From Schizochytrium sp. TIO01 (lineage: Eukaryota; Protista; Bigyra: Labyrinthulomycetes): a stretch of 64,000 bases of DNA. The stretch lies in the NCBI GenBank assembly GCA_004764695.1, contig SMSO01000014.1:2475648-2539647 (forward strand). The letters are read 5' to 3'. The notes beneath the pieces are model-generated. The model saw nothing but the letters and a program-made list of their open reading frames with translations, searched no databases and was not told where the DNA came from. A program made the position numbers and the translations under genes. Positions 34,141-44,649 of this stretch are shown here, one piece after another (within the stretch, counting starts at the first letter, position 1; every line of letters begins with the position of its first letter).

Positions 34141-37100
34141 TTAAGTTGTGAGTTCATCTGGAAGTTTAGTTTTCGCTCCGAGGATACGTGAATGAGGGAA
34201 ATCGGGAAAGTGAACGAGATTTTCCAAGGTAGTCACTTTACCAGTGTCGTGGTCAACCTTGTATGGATATGTCATCAAATGTCCAGGGACATTTTCGTTG
34301 TGCTCATCATCAACGTAGTACTGCCAGTTCTTATAAGCCCGTGTCTGAATCAGACGGACGCACTCGACGGATGAGGGACGCTGTAGAATCGAAGGATCAA
34401 AGTCCTCGTCATCAGTAATAGAGCCTCCAAGATGCTCTGCCCAAAGGGACATCCGAAACCCATAAATGAGGCCACGCGGCGTAGATTTTTCCGTCGCGAC
34501 TCGAGCCATCTCGTACATCGAAACTCCAATTTCTGTATCTCTCGAACCATCAAAAGACCGTTGGTTAATGTTTGCACTGCCAATAACGGCAACGGCATCA
34601 TCAACAATGAGGAGCTTGGAGTGTACGTAAATTTGGAAGCGACGACGTTTTTGTGCGGCATGAGCAACCTGCTCATAATCCTCTTCGCAAAATTCCCGCC
34701 CTTCTTCATTGTCAGCTTGTTGTGCAGTAAGCGGTTGAGGAGCTGCTACATTTGGGGCTTCTTCTTGGTTTCCTTTAGAGCTATCATCTGAGGATGATGC
34801 TTGAGGGATGGTCTCAGAGGGGAAGTCCTTTTCTTCTTTGCTAAGCTGTGCCTTACGCTCGGCTTCCAGTCGGGTGGTCTCTTCAGCTTCACGGTTACCC
34901 AAGAAAAAGACCGAAAAGTAGTCAGTCACGGAGCGATCCTTTAGCTTGTGTTTTTTAAGTGCTTCATGAATACGACGGTATACCATCGCGACTGTGAAAT
35001 ACTGATACCGAAGAATTTGCATCACTGCCTTGTCTGCTGGCAGACCTTCGCAGAAGAGAGGGATTACTAGGTAAACGTGGAAGGCTTCGTTGGCAGCAAT
35101 CTTACTGCACACCTTGGAAGCTAGTTCAATCGGAATCAGATTGCTTGCTCCACTCCTTTTGGATTTGCTCCACATATGGCATCCACCAATAAAATACTGC
35201 GATTCGATGTAGATGAAGTGTTTAGCAGACCGGATGTGGTGCACATAGGCCTTATGAATACTGTTATCTACTTTGATACCCTTGTCAGCAAACGCGTTAG
35301 GGGCATGGATAGACTTTTCTAAACGTGCGGAGTCTTCATTAATGGACCGTACCACCTGCACTACCCTATCGTTATTGGATTGAGCAAACACTCCCTCATT
35401 CCAGGAACCCGCCCTCTCACGAGTTTCTGACTCCAGCTCGGCAACCTCTTTTTGCAACTCCTCAAGATCATCATCTGAAAGATCTGAAAGGTCGTCCTCT
35501 GCAGCGTTTTCAATGTCATCGGTGGCCTTGTTTTGGCGACCAAATGCAGCAGAGTCTGTGTGAGAACCCACGTGAAGGAGGGATTCAGTTCTGCCGATAA
35601 TTTCTTCGCGCTTCTCGTTAAGGAAAGACGCTGGGAGAGCCGCCTCTCCAGGACTATCCTTGAGAAGGTCCATGAGGTTCTTCATACGCATACCACGGGC
35701 AATCCACTTAGCCCGGCTTCCCGTGCATCCACTTAATGGATGCCGATGGTTGCCTGCTTGCATGTGCCAGCGCTCAATGAAGTTTTTGAGTACATCCACT
35801 GCCGCTCGCCCAGTAACGCGGGTGTGAATATCTTGCCATGGCTGGCGCGGACCTTTCTCTGGATCAGCAACCTCTGCAGGTAGACAATTTTGATAGTAAT
35901 CATCTCTGTGAGTGCGGTGTAGAGAAGCAAATAAAGGTTTATCTGAATCATCGTATCGACCTGAAGTTACATCAATACCTCCTAAGAAAGCGGTAATAGC
36001 TTGAACTTTGGCATTGCGGTGGCGGCGATGCTTCACACGAAGGCGAGCTGCGTTCTCAGGTTTAACATCCATGATAATAGACTTCTGATGATGAGTATAT
36101 GCAAACGAGAGGTTTGCCAAACTACTGATAAGACCGCGTTGGTCTACACGAGGTGTTTTGACTGCAACAACAGGTGAGTCCTCGAAGAATTTGACACATT
36201 CTTCGTCCATGGTTCCCATCAAACCGGAGGTCATGGATGTACTAGAAAGGTCATCCCATACCATGATAAGGACGATAACACCTTCCTTGGCCTTCTTCTT
36301 CAAAAGATTTCCAAGGGTCAATTTGTTCTTGTGATCAGGGCCTGTCCGCACCAAACGAATGAAAGGGTTTACAGACCATCCACAAATACAAATGAAGTTT
36401 TCTGCGGCATCGATCGCATTATAGAGATCCTTCCAGCAAGGACGGGCGCGAAAGGGTTCAAGATCTTCGCCCTCCTCACCTAGCTCAATTTGAGGCAACA
36501 CATTACCAATACCAGGTTGGTGAGCACTTTGGTAGAGCACAAAATGATCACCACGGCGAGGTGGAAAATACGTGTTCGGTACAGAATATGGATGAATGTT
36601 GGTGAGACGATGAGGGTTCATGTTGGTGCTGTGCATCTTTGAATGGAAAGCCTTTTCGCGTTTTTCGATAATGGTCTTTACCGGGGTGTAGCGCATCTTA
36701 ATTGTGAGCCAACCATACTTACTGCCCTTCTTGCGCCGGCGTTTCTTCGCTTTAGAGTTTTCAGTAGCCCAGTTGGATCCTTCATCCGCATCAAGGTCAT
36801 AGATTTCGTGCTTACTGCGCGAGATCGGAAATTCGCCCTCCAGCGTTTTGCCATTTTGAAGAATCTGGGTCCAGGAGAAGGCAACCTGGCCAAGGTACTG
36901 ATCGCCAAGACTATCTTCATCCATAACCCGGAAGACAATAGTCTTTGCATCGTGAGCAACATCCATGCTCAGATACTCATTCCAATTAGGACGTAAGGTA
37001 TTGTTGCACACAGTCGATCGGCAAATCTTCGCATTGTCAAGCTTTACTTTGACAAATGGATCCGAAAGACCAAAGAGTCCACACTTGCAGCAGTTCGGTA

Positions 37101-37503
37101 AACATTGCATAGGCAAGCATTGTGCAAGACCATCTTTATTTACCAGACGGCGCGCCTTTTCAAAGTACACATCAATGCGGCCGTGGATAAAGTGAGTTTC
37201 TCCTGACGAGATGTAACCAGGTCCGCCTGCATCCTTTTCATCTGCAGAGTTCTCACCGTCGTCGTCTTCATCCCCTGTGTCCTCGTCGTCGTCGTCTTCA
37301 GGGAAGTGGGGCTTGTTTTGGTCCATGTCGAAATCTTCTTTCTTCGAGTCTGCTAGCTCCACCTCTTCCGGCGATGTAACATGTTCTACAGCTGGGTCTA
37401 CATCCTCCCCTTTGTGTGGATCTTGGCCTTGCGTTTCACTCACCACTTGCTTAGGAGTTTCACTCTTGGCATCATCGTTCGAATCTTTAGCCTGTTCTGA
37501 CAT
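34141..37503 (-). CDS. Phospholipase D, plant-type C2-PLD
   Basis: C2 domain (SDPFVKV..P.WNE..VMDED). Two HKD motifs: THHQKSIIMD and YVHSKLLIVDD..GSANINQRS. Also PRQPWQDIH, IYIESQYF, FRMSLWAEH and a terminal LPDELTT. Confidence 0.95.
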   Translation of the reverse strand: MSEQAKDSNDDAKSETPKQVVSETQGQDPHKGEDVDPAVEHVTSPEEVELADSKKEDFDMDQNKPHFPEDDDDEDTGDEDDDGENSADEKDAGGPGYISSGETHFIHGRIDVYFEKARRLVNKDGLAQCLPMQCLPNCCKCGLFGLSDPFVKVKLDNAKICRSTVCNNTLRPNWNEYLSMDVAHDAKTIVFRVMDEDSLGDQYLGQVAFSWTQILQNGKTLEGEFPISRSKHEIYDLDADEGSNWATENSKAKKRRRKKGSKYGWLTIKMRYTPVKTIIEKREKAFHSKMHSTNMNPHRLTNIHPYSVPNTYFPPRRGDHFVLYQSAHQPGIGNVLPQIELGEEGEDLEPFRARPCWKDLYNAIDAAENFICICGWSVNPFIRLVRTGPDHKNKLTLGNLLKKKAKEGVIVLIMVWDDLSSTSMTSGLMGTMDEECVKFFEDSPVVAVKTPRVDQRGLISSLANLSFAYTHHQKSIIMDVKPENAARLRVKHRRHRNAKVQAITAFLGGIDVTSGRYDDSDKPLFASLHRTHRDDYYQNCLPAEVADPEKGPRQPWQDIHTRVTGRAAVDVLKNFIERWHMQAGNHRHPLSGCTGSRAKWIARGMRMKNLMDLLKDSPGEAALPASFLNEKREEIIGRTESLLHVGSHTDSAAFGRQNKATDDIENAAEDDLSDLSDDDLEELQKEVAELESETRERAGSWNEGVFAQSNNDRVVQVVRSINEDSARLEKSIHAPNAFADKGIKVDNSIHKAYVHHIRSAKHFIYIESQYFIGGCHMWSKSKRSGASNLIPIELASKVCSKIAANEAFHVYLVIPLFCEGLPADKAVMQILRYQYFTVAMVYRRIHEALKKHKLKDRSVTDYFSVFFLGNREAEETTRLEAERKAQLSKEEKDFPSETIPQASSSDDSSKGNQEEAPNVAAPQPLTAQQADNEEGREFCEEDYEQVAHAAQKRRRFQIYVHSKLLIVDDAVAVIGSANINQRSFDGSRDTEIGVSMYEMARVATEKSTPRGLIYGFRMSLWAEHLGGSITDDEDFDPSILQRPSSVECVRLIQTRAYKNWQYYVDDEHNENVPGHLMTYPYKVDHDTGKVTTLENLVHFPDFPHSRILGAKTKLPDELTT

Positions 37504-40149
37504 GGTCTTTTCACGGGTTGGATGGAGCGATGTTTGCCAGATTCCAAACTTCTACGAGAGATCTTCAATGAGCTCGGCTCGAACTGCTGCTATTGAACAC
37601 AGTTTTTATCGATGATCGGTATCCTGCGCTATAATCGTCAAAGAAGGAGTCACTTTCCGATTGATTGAGTGTAGGTAGTAGTGATGAGATGATAAAGATA
37701 TATAATTGTCAAACCTGCTCCTTTATGACTTTCACCGGCCGCACAGTCCAAAGGGATCTGTCGCTGCTTGAGCGGTGTTGGCGAGAATTGGCGTCGTTCC
37801 AAACAGTACGTAGGCACCTACTAGCAATGGGTGTAGTCTCCCACCCAACTAGGTTGCCCTGGCTTTGTTCTTACCAGAGACTGCTTTGGCTGTCAAAGAA
37901 GGGGCCGAAACACTCCAAGAGAAGCTCAGCCTTTGAGGCGAACGCCAGACAAAAAGGATCGGCCGAATAGGCAATCAGCAAAGATAGTCTGCGTGCTTGC
38001 TTTTAGGCAAGCTGAGGACTCGCGATAAAGGCCAGGGTTCTCGCCTCAAAGTAGAAAACTTGAATCGCTTGCAGCAGAGCAATTGGCTTTGCCGTGAGTG
38101 TTGCTTGCTAACTCTGCTACTCTGTTTTTGGTGTCTCGAAAGTATAGTTTGGTAGTCTTTCTCTAATAGCCTATTCTTACCAATAACTAACAGGTTGTAG
38201 TTCTTTCTTCGAGTCCCTTTGTACGCGCTTACTTCTTCCTCATTCTCTGTTTCCTTTTGAAGTTATACGTAGTTACTTATGGGGACCTGAAACGGGTTTT
38301 TGGACATTCCTTAGCATAATATCATGTACATACCGGTTTCTTTTATCTTTTGCTGACTTAGTAAAAAAAGAAGCATATATATATATATTTATATATAATT
38401 TATTTTGCAATTAATCTTAGTGTTTTTAGTTATAAAAAGAAGAAAAAGAAAAAGAGTTATTTATTTTTCAATGAATGAATGAAATGTTGAAAATACTAGC
38501 TACCAGGTACCTGACTGTCTTTTAATGAATGCTTAATGTTCAAAGTGGGAAGGAACCTAATACTCCAGAGGTATTTTTGGTGTGTGGTTATGTCGATCAA
38601 AGCGTAACAGCCAATCCATATTTCTTAGGCGCCATACGCGCTCAAGATCTGTCTCCATCATCTCTCACGAAGCTGATTTTGTTTTTTCGTGTTTCAAAAG
38701 AATGCGGCGGCCTTCATTTCCACCCATTTCTTCGAACGAGGAAAGCAATAGAAACAAAAGAAGATGGATGATACGCATCGATCGACTTGGCTCGATAATT
38801 ATGAGATTGCGGAACTTGAGGAGAAAGGCTACAAAAGTAGTCAGTGGTGCTATTCAGCGGCACAGAATCCTCCGCAGGGTAGGCCTCACGGCCCTGAGAG
38901 GAGGAGAAGACCTCTTATTTAGAAGGAAACCCATTCCCTCCCATGCGAGGCACATGGGCCCACCCCTGCACGGCCTAGCAGCGAGCTTTTCACCGCTCGT
39001 TGTATGCATGCATGCATGCATGCTTGCATGTGTGGAGTGCAGTGCAGTGCAGTGAAGACCGCACTTGGTGCGCGATTATCCTACTTCATTTCAATCGATT
39101 GCAGCATACACTGTGGCAAAGAACTGTTTATTAGTTGAAGCCGCGCCATCAGAACATTTACATACATACATACATGCATGCATATGCATATTTGTTGATT
39201 GTAATTTACAACTCATCACGCAGAAAGTATGGATGATACCTCTGGGGCTAAGTAAGTAACTCTGGAGGTGAGTGAGGTGCGTTGCGTGGCGTCGATAGAT
39301 AGATAGAAAGATTGATGGATAGCTATGACTGACTATTCTGAAAGTGAGTGAGTGAGAGAGAGAGAGAAGTAGTCGATCTTGATCTTTCGAGATTCAATCG
39401 TTCAAAGTCGTTCGCACGATTGCGCAAGTCATTAGACGAGATGAGATGAGATGAGGTCAAAGAGTTAGTTTCAAAGCTACGCGCCGTCGAAGTAATCAGC
39501 GTCCGCAGCCATGAACGCACCGCAGTTGGAGCAAGCAAGCCCATGATTGATCCACACAGGCGCCCTAAAACCCGGCGGAAAGAAAGGCTTTCCTCCTTTG
39601 GAAATGTGTGCAGAAGCAAGCTCTAGACTAGCTCACCTGCTGCCAGCAAAGGAAACCAAATGGTCGCGGCTTTGACGACGAGGATGGTTGCCCAAGGCGG
39701 TTGGTTTCTTCATTGGCTCTCTCCATCTTATTACTTCAGCCGAGTCAGTCAGTCAGTACAAACGATGCAAGGAGACACAAGTTCGGTGAGATGAAGACAG
39801 CGGCGGTGAGCTTCGCTCCATCTTGATTAAATACCTTTTCAGAGCTCTCTTCTTATATTTTAATCTTTGAGTTATAAGTTATTTATTTTAAGAAGAATAA
39901 AAAACCAAAAACCTTTTAAGTACGAAAACGTTCGGAAGACCGTCACTTAGGTCTTATCATGTGTTTAGTATTTTCTCCAAAATGTAGAATTCATAACAAT
40001 AATAACACAATAATAGTAGTAGAAAAGAGAAGGAGAAGGGAATAGGGAATAGGAAGGCTTTCTGTGTGTTCCTTTCCTGTTCTTATCATGATGTTGAGAA
40101 CTGTAAAAGCTTTTCGACAGTTTTGCTGCGACTGTTGGTGATAAGCTTT

Positions 40150-41390
40150 GACTCGAGGTACCTTCTTTTACCCAAGGAAAGGGATGATACGCACCTTCGA
40201 AGTTGGAAATCCTTCCTCATGAAGATCAATCGTTTATACAGCTTGAAGAACAACATTTGCCAACTTAGTTTGAGAGGTTTCGCTTGGTAAGTTTCCCTGA
40301 ATCTGGGGAATGAATACCTTGATACCTAGCTGGAGAGGCCTGGCTGACGTGTGTGCTCTCATCAGAGTCAGATCTAATGAATGCTGTGTATTATCAAAAC
40401 TTGAACGTCGATGAATTGTTGCTGTCGCTGAGCGCACCTCACAAATAAGGAAGCATATGAAAGAGATCTCTGGACATGGAGTGGATGTCATGTCGCATCT
40501 ACCATGAGCCCGCTGCTGGTAACAGTCACGAGCTTCAAGTTATATTCGCATTTTGCTTTGACTTTGTTTGTCTAGTTTAGCAGGCAACATTGAGGATTTT
40601 GTGAAGTCTAAGGTTTACTTTGGGCAGAATCTTTATCAACTGGGGATCCGATAGTGAGAGTTGATTGCTTTCGCGTAGTAGCCTAGTTTCTGTTTGCCCC
40701 GAGCCGACTTGATCTCGGGGAACCCAATATTGCATGTTAAGGTGGTGGAGAAGGGCGAACGCGACTAGTTCTTCGACATTCGCCTCAACTTGAAGAAACT
40801 CCATTCAGCAAACGCTCTGTCGCATTCTCCACCTTCTTTATTGCGTCCCCCTCAGCGTCCTTGATCTTCTTCGCGAGGGCTAGTGAGGCTCTGGTGACCA
40901 TGGTGGCTCAGAACTATTTTGTCGGCCCGTCCAAATCTTCGAGGCAACTTGAAGCGTGGGCGACGAGTAGGACTGCTGTGCGACACGTAGATGGCTATCA
41001 GTTTAACACGACTCTGGTTGCTGCACGAACATAGTACTCGCACCACGTTCGCAAAAGCGTGTAAACTTGAAGATCTTAGTTGGGTACGCTGTCCGGTCCG
41101 AGTGGTCGCACAAATTGCAGGTCCAAATTAAGAGAACGATGCACTGCACTTCGAGCTCTGCTGGGCCACTCCCACCCCCTGCCTACCTACATCCTGCGAG
41201 GCGTGATATGCCAAAAGAGAAACCGGCCGAACTTGGAGTACTGCGAACCAAACGAACTGTCTTAAAGTCTGATCTTACGGGCATTGATTGCGTAAACCCA
41301 TCGCGCTTATCGCCGGGGTTCTTCGCGGCGACAGTTGACAAGTTCGCGACCTGAACCCACGCGCTTTTAGGCCAAGCCGGTTCTCGCATT
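40150..41390 (-). mobile_element. Probable highly eroded non-LTR retrotransposon (APE endonuclease / pre-RT) fragment
   Basis: Ordered motif remnants across frames: VANLSTV, FAVLQVR, QGVGVA, KLIAIYVSH, GGECD, NVEELVAFALLHHL, LSDPQLI, later VRIIPFLG. No intact catalytic motif. Confidence 0.4.
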
Positions 41391-42388
41391 TTAAAGAGTT
41401 TGCAACCACAGAAGCAAAATTACACTAGATTCAGGTAGTACCTGTGATACGTGTTGGCGGCGTTGGCGCTTTTACCTTGTCAAGGGGATAGATAGATATA
41501 TGGGAGGGAAAGACCAGCATGGGATCAAGAGGAGGAATTCTTGCTTTCTCTAAATGAAGGATATTTGACAAGTGCGATTGAGTTCTTTTGGGTGATATTT
41601 GCGGTCTCTGCTTGAGGCTTTATCTGCTTTGGTGAGGCTCACAGCAAGCTTTGCGTTACCCAGATTCGATCAAAAGTTTAGTTTGAGCGAGAACATACAT
41701 GGTCTGAAGCTTCACAATATTAAGAAGTGTACATAGGGGGGCACGCTTTCTGTTTCGTTTATGCCCACGTCGGAACGTCTGCTTCATTGAAAGAAAGCTC
41801 AAAACGATCGGAAATCTTTTCCATGGTGCGGCCAGAGGGAAATGCGAATGCGCCCCCTTGTCAAGCATTGTCGCCTTGCTATAAGGTTTGCATAGTGGGC
41901 CTTGCCGACAGATGCAGGCTTATGCCATCACTGTATGGCAGCCGAGGCGACCTCGTACAAATTCATTCGTCTTAATGATTGATTCTTGATCAGGGTCGCA
42001 TAGCTTGGTTTCTAACAGAATATTGACTTTTAAGATATCCGCGTTTGGTAACTAGTGAAATAGCAGCACCTAGTTAGTAGCCTATTCTAGTTACATTTTG
42101 GATGCAAGTTTCATATAGGGATAGCCTTTAAAAGGAGGATGAATATGGCATAGTGAAAATATTTTTTGTTTGGTGTCAGAAAAAATGCTGTAGGTACTAT
42201 ACGACCAAGACGCACGCAGGATTGGCCGCCCATATGTACCTGACTGGTTTACCTTGCAGAGTCGGATATCCCCTTGCAATATATGGGGATGTCAATATCT
42301 ATGAGAGGGAACGGGCTCTACTTTCACTGGCATCTATAAATGCATACAACGGCATATCACTTCAACTTGATTAGTCACAGCAAGAGAG

Positions 42389-43516
42389 TTAGACATCAAG
42401 TTCTACACTAGTAGATTTGCGACGGGCGGGCCATTGGCCACAAACTCGACAAAAATCAGAGGTTGGACGAGAGAGCTGAAAGTGACAGGCAATACAACAG
42501 CCTTCATCCCCGCGGCTGCCTCGACGGGGAAGTCGTGAATTGTCATCTGAGAGAGATGGGAACGCCTTTCTAAAAACGCGATAGTAATAAAGATGCTCTG
42601 GATTCCGAATAATAAGGTGGTCTTCATGAAGGATCCGTTCTTTCTCTTTAAGCAACTCATCTGCCGAGATAAGACTCGAAAAGTACTTTCCTTCATTCGC
42701 GCCAAGGATAGTGGCGCCAGAGCCAACCTCGATTGGATCTTTGCGACGCCATGCAGAAAAGGCGTCAGGAAATGCATCACGCAAAGGGAGTTTACCCGTG
42801 CGATGGAGAATGCGTTGTTCGCCAGGTTTGGTTTCCAATTCGCGCTCTCCAATACATAAAGCTTTGTCCAGAGAGCTTAAAGCCCAGTCCTTAAAGATTG
42901 CTTCAGTGTACGGGCTCTTAACATCTAGTCCAAGGGATTCTCCAAGCGAGGTCGCTGAAAAAAACCAATCTGAGCACATTTCATAGCGCTTTTGCGACCA
43001 CACGGGGTCCTCCGTGTTCCATGAAAACGAATATCCTCCCATGAGCTCGTCAGACCCATCCCCTGTAAGCACATATCGCACCCCACGAGACTTAGCTTCC
43101 ATGAGAGCACGAGCAACCACCATGCTATTCCGAATCTGCATAGGGTCAAACGAAGTTAAGGACTCCACACAGAGACGCAGGGGGTCGGCCAAGAGCTCTT
43201 CCTTGGAGCATTCAATCTCAATGTGCTCAACTCCCCATTCTTTGGCAATTGCAGGGGCATACGGTCGGTCTGTTGCAGTTGGGTCGCAATAAACTGTCAG
43301 CGCCAAATCAACTTGGAACCCACACTCGCGCAGAGCGCTTACAACAGCACAGGTATCTACGCCACCGCTAAGGACTAACGCAACACGGTCTGAAGAGCGA
43401 GCCTCTTGCTCGTTACCGAGTTTCCAGTCGTTTTGCCAGATCTTCCTGACACTTTCGACGAGCTTCTCATGACAAATTTTGCCAGCCTCCTCCGAGCTCT
43501 TATGGAGCGAAGACAT
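42389..43516 (-). CDS. Stand-alone asparagine-synthetase-like ATP-pyrophosphatase domain protein with C-terminal zinc ribbon
   Basis: PP-loop LSGGVDT, LTGDGSDELMGGY, GKLPLRDAF, WRRKDPIEVGSG, CIAC..CRVC. No N-terminal Ntn glutaminase domain. First ATG at 43516. Confidence 0.85.
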   Translation of the reverse strand: MSSLHKSSEEAGKICHEKLVESVRKIWQNDWKLGNEQEARSSDRVALVLSGGVDTCAVVSALRECGFQVDLALTVYCDPTATDRPYAPAIAKEWGVEHIEIECSKEELLADPLRLCVESLTSFDPMQIRNSMVVARALMEAKSRGVRYVLTGDGSDELMGGYSFSWNTEDPVWSQKRYEMCSDWFFSATSLGESLGLDVKSPYTEAIFKDWALSSLDKALCIGERELETKPGEQRILHRTGKLPLRDAFPDAFSAWRRKDPIEVGSGATILGANEGKYFSSLISADELLKEKERILHEDHLIIRNPEHLYYYRVFRKAFPSLSDDNSRLPRRGSRGDEGCCIACHFQLSRPTSDFCRVCGQWPARRKSTSVELDV

Positions 43517-44649
43517 CTTTCGTAAACCTACAGCTTCGCCGCTTGGTCTCAAGAAGGATACGTGGACTGCTTGAAGATCTACCTGGCTGATAAAACCTCG
43601 CCGTCTCTGGTAGATCTTCGTCGACGCTTTCCAGACTGTGAAAATCGTGTGAGCAAGCACAACAGGCGATTGCACACGCTCCCTCTGCAATCTATTTGTG
43701 CTCGACGCCTGATAACCTGCACGTGGGCCTCCACACCGAGAAGATTGCAGTTTGTCTGCGTAATTTGCAACCTCTTCAGAGAAGATCTGAGCTTTAAAAT
43801 AACAAGCTCCCCTAGCAACAATAGACCTACCTAGGTACCTAATCTAAGAGCAATCGTAGGAGTAGTCCCGTAAGACTTTTCAATAGCCGGACTAGTATAG
43901 CAATCGTAGGTAGTAGATACCTACATACATATGCACAAGGTTGATAATCCAATCCAAATCTGCAAATATAATTCGCTGTGATGGTATTTTGCAGCCACGA
44001 CATCTGGGGAAGCTTGTATGTACTGCTTTGAATGATGCTTTCACGCTGGAATAGATGGGAAACGCAGTCTTACTACGAGCCGATGTCTCTAGGTTGTTGA
44101 AAAGTATTTGGCTCAAAGGAGAGCGAACTTAAAGACCGTCACTGAGAAAAGTTATTGTAAATTCACGAGACTAAAACAAAAAGGAACATGTGAACTGACG
44201 AAATAGTTCCATCGTTATTTGCCAACTTTAAAATCTTGAAACTTCGTGCATTGGCTGCTTTTGCGACATTGCAGCTAGAGCCGGTAGTCTTCTTTATGTT
44301 GATTCATTTGGTGCTGGCAAAGCCCAATAAATCACGATAATATAAGAATCCAGTCTGAGCGAGGTTGTTTTGCAGGTCCCACCACTGTTTCAAAAAACGA
44401 AGTAAAAAGAGGATGAAAAGAGGAGGAACGTGAAAAAGGAAGAGAGAAAATGTTCTATCTATCATTCAGTTCTATTGGTTCCTATGTACTGGCTAGCAGT
44501 GCCTACTGTCTAATTTACTGTTCTTTTCAGTTTTGTTTTAATAGTGCACTAATACTACCCATTGTGTGATTACCCTTCTGCCTCCATCAACGCAAGAGGG
44601 TGAAGCAAAATCGAACTGGAGTCCGGCCACAGGGTAATAGACCCCAGGG

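Noticed and set aside
41720-41975. Possible LINE C-terminal zinc knuckle (LCPRR..KTIGNLF)
   Set aside because: Wrong strand and position relative to the endonuclease relic, and the motif is too incomplete
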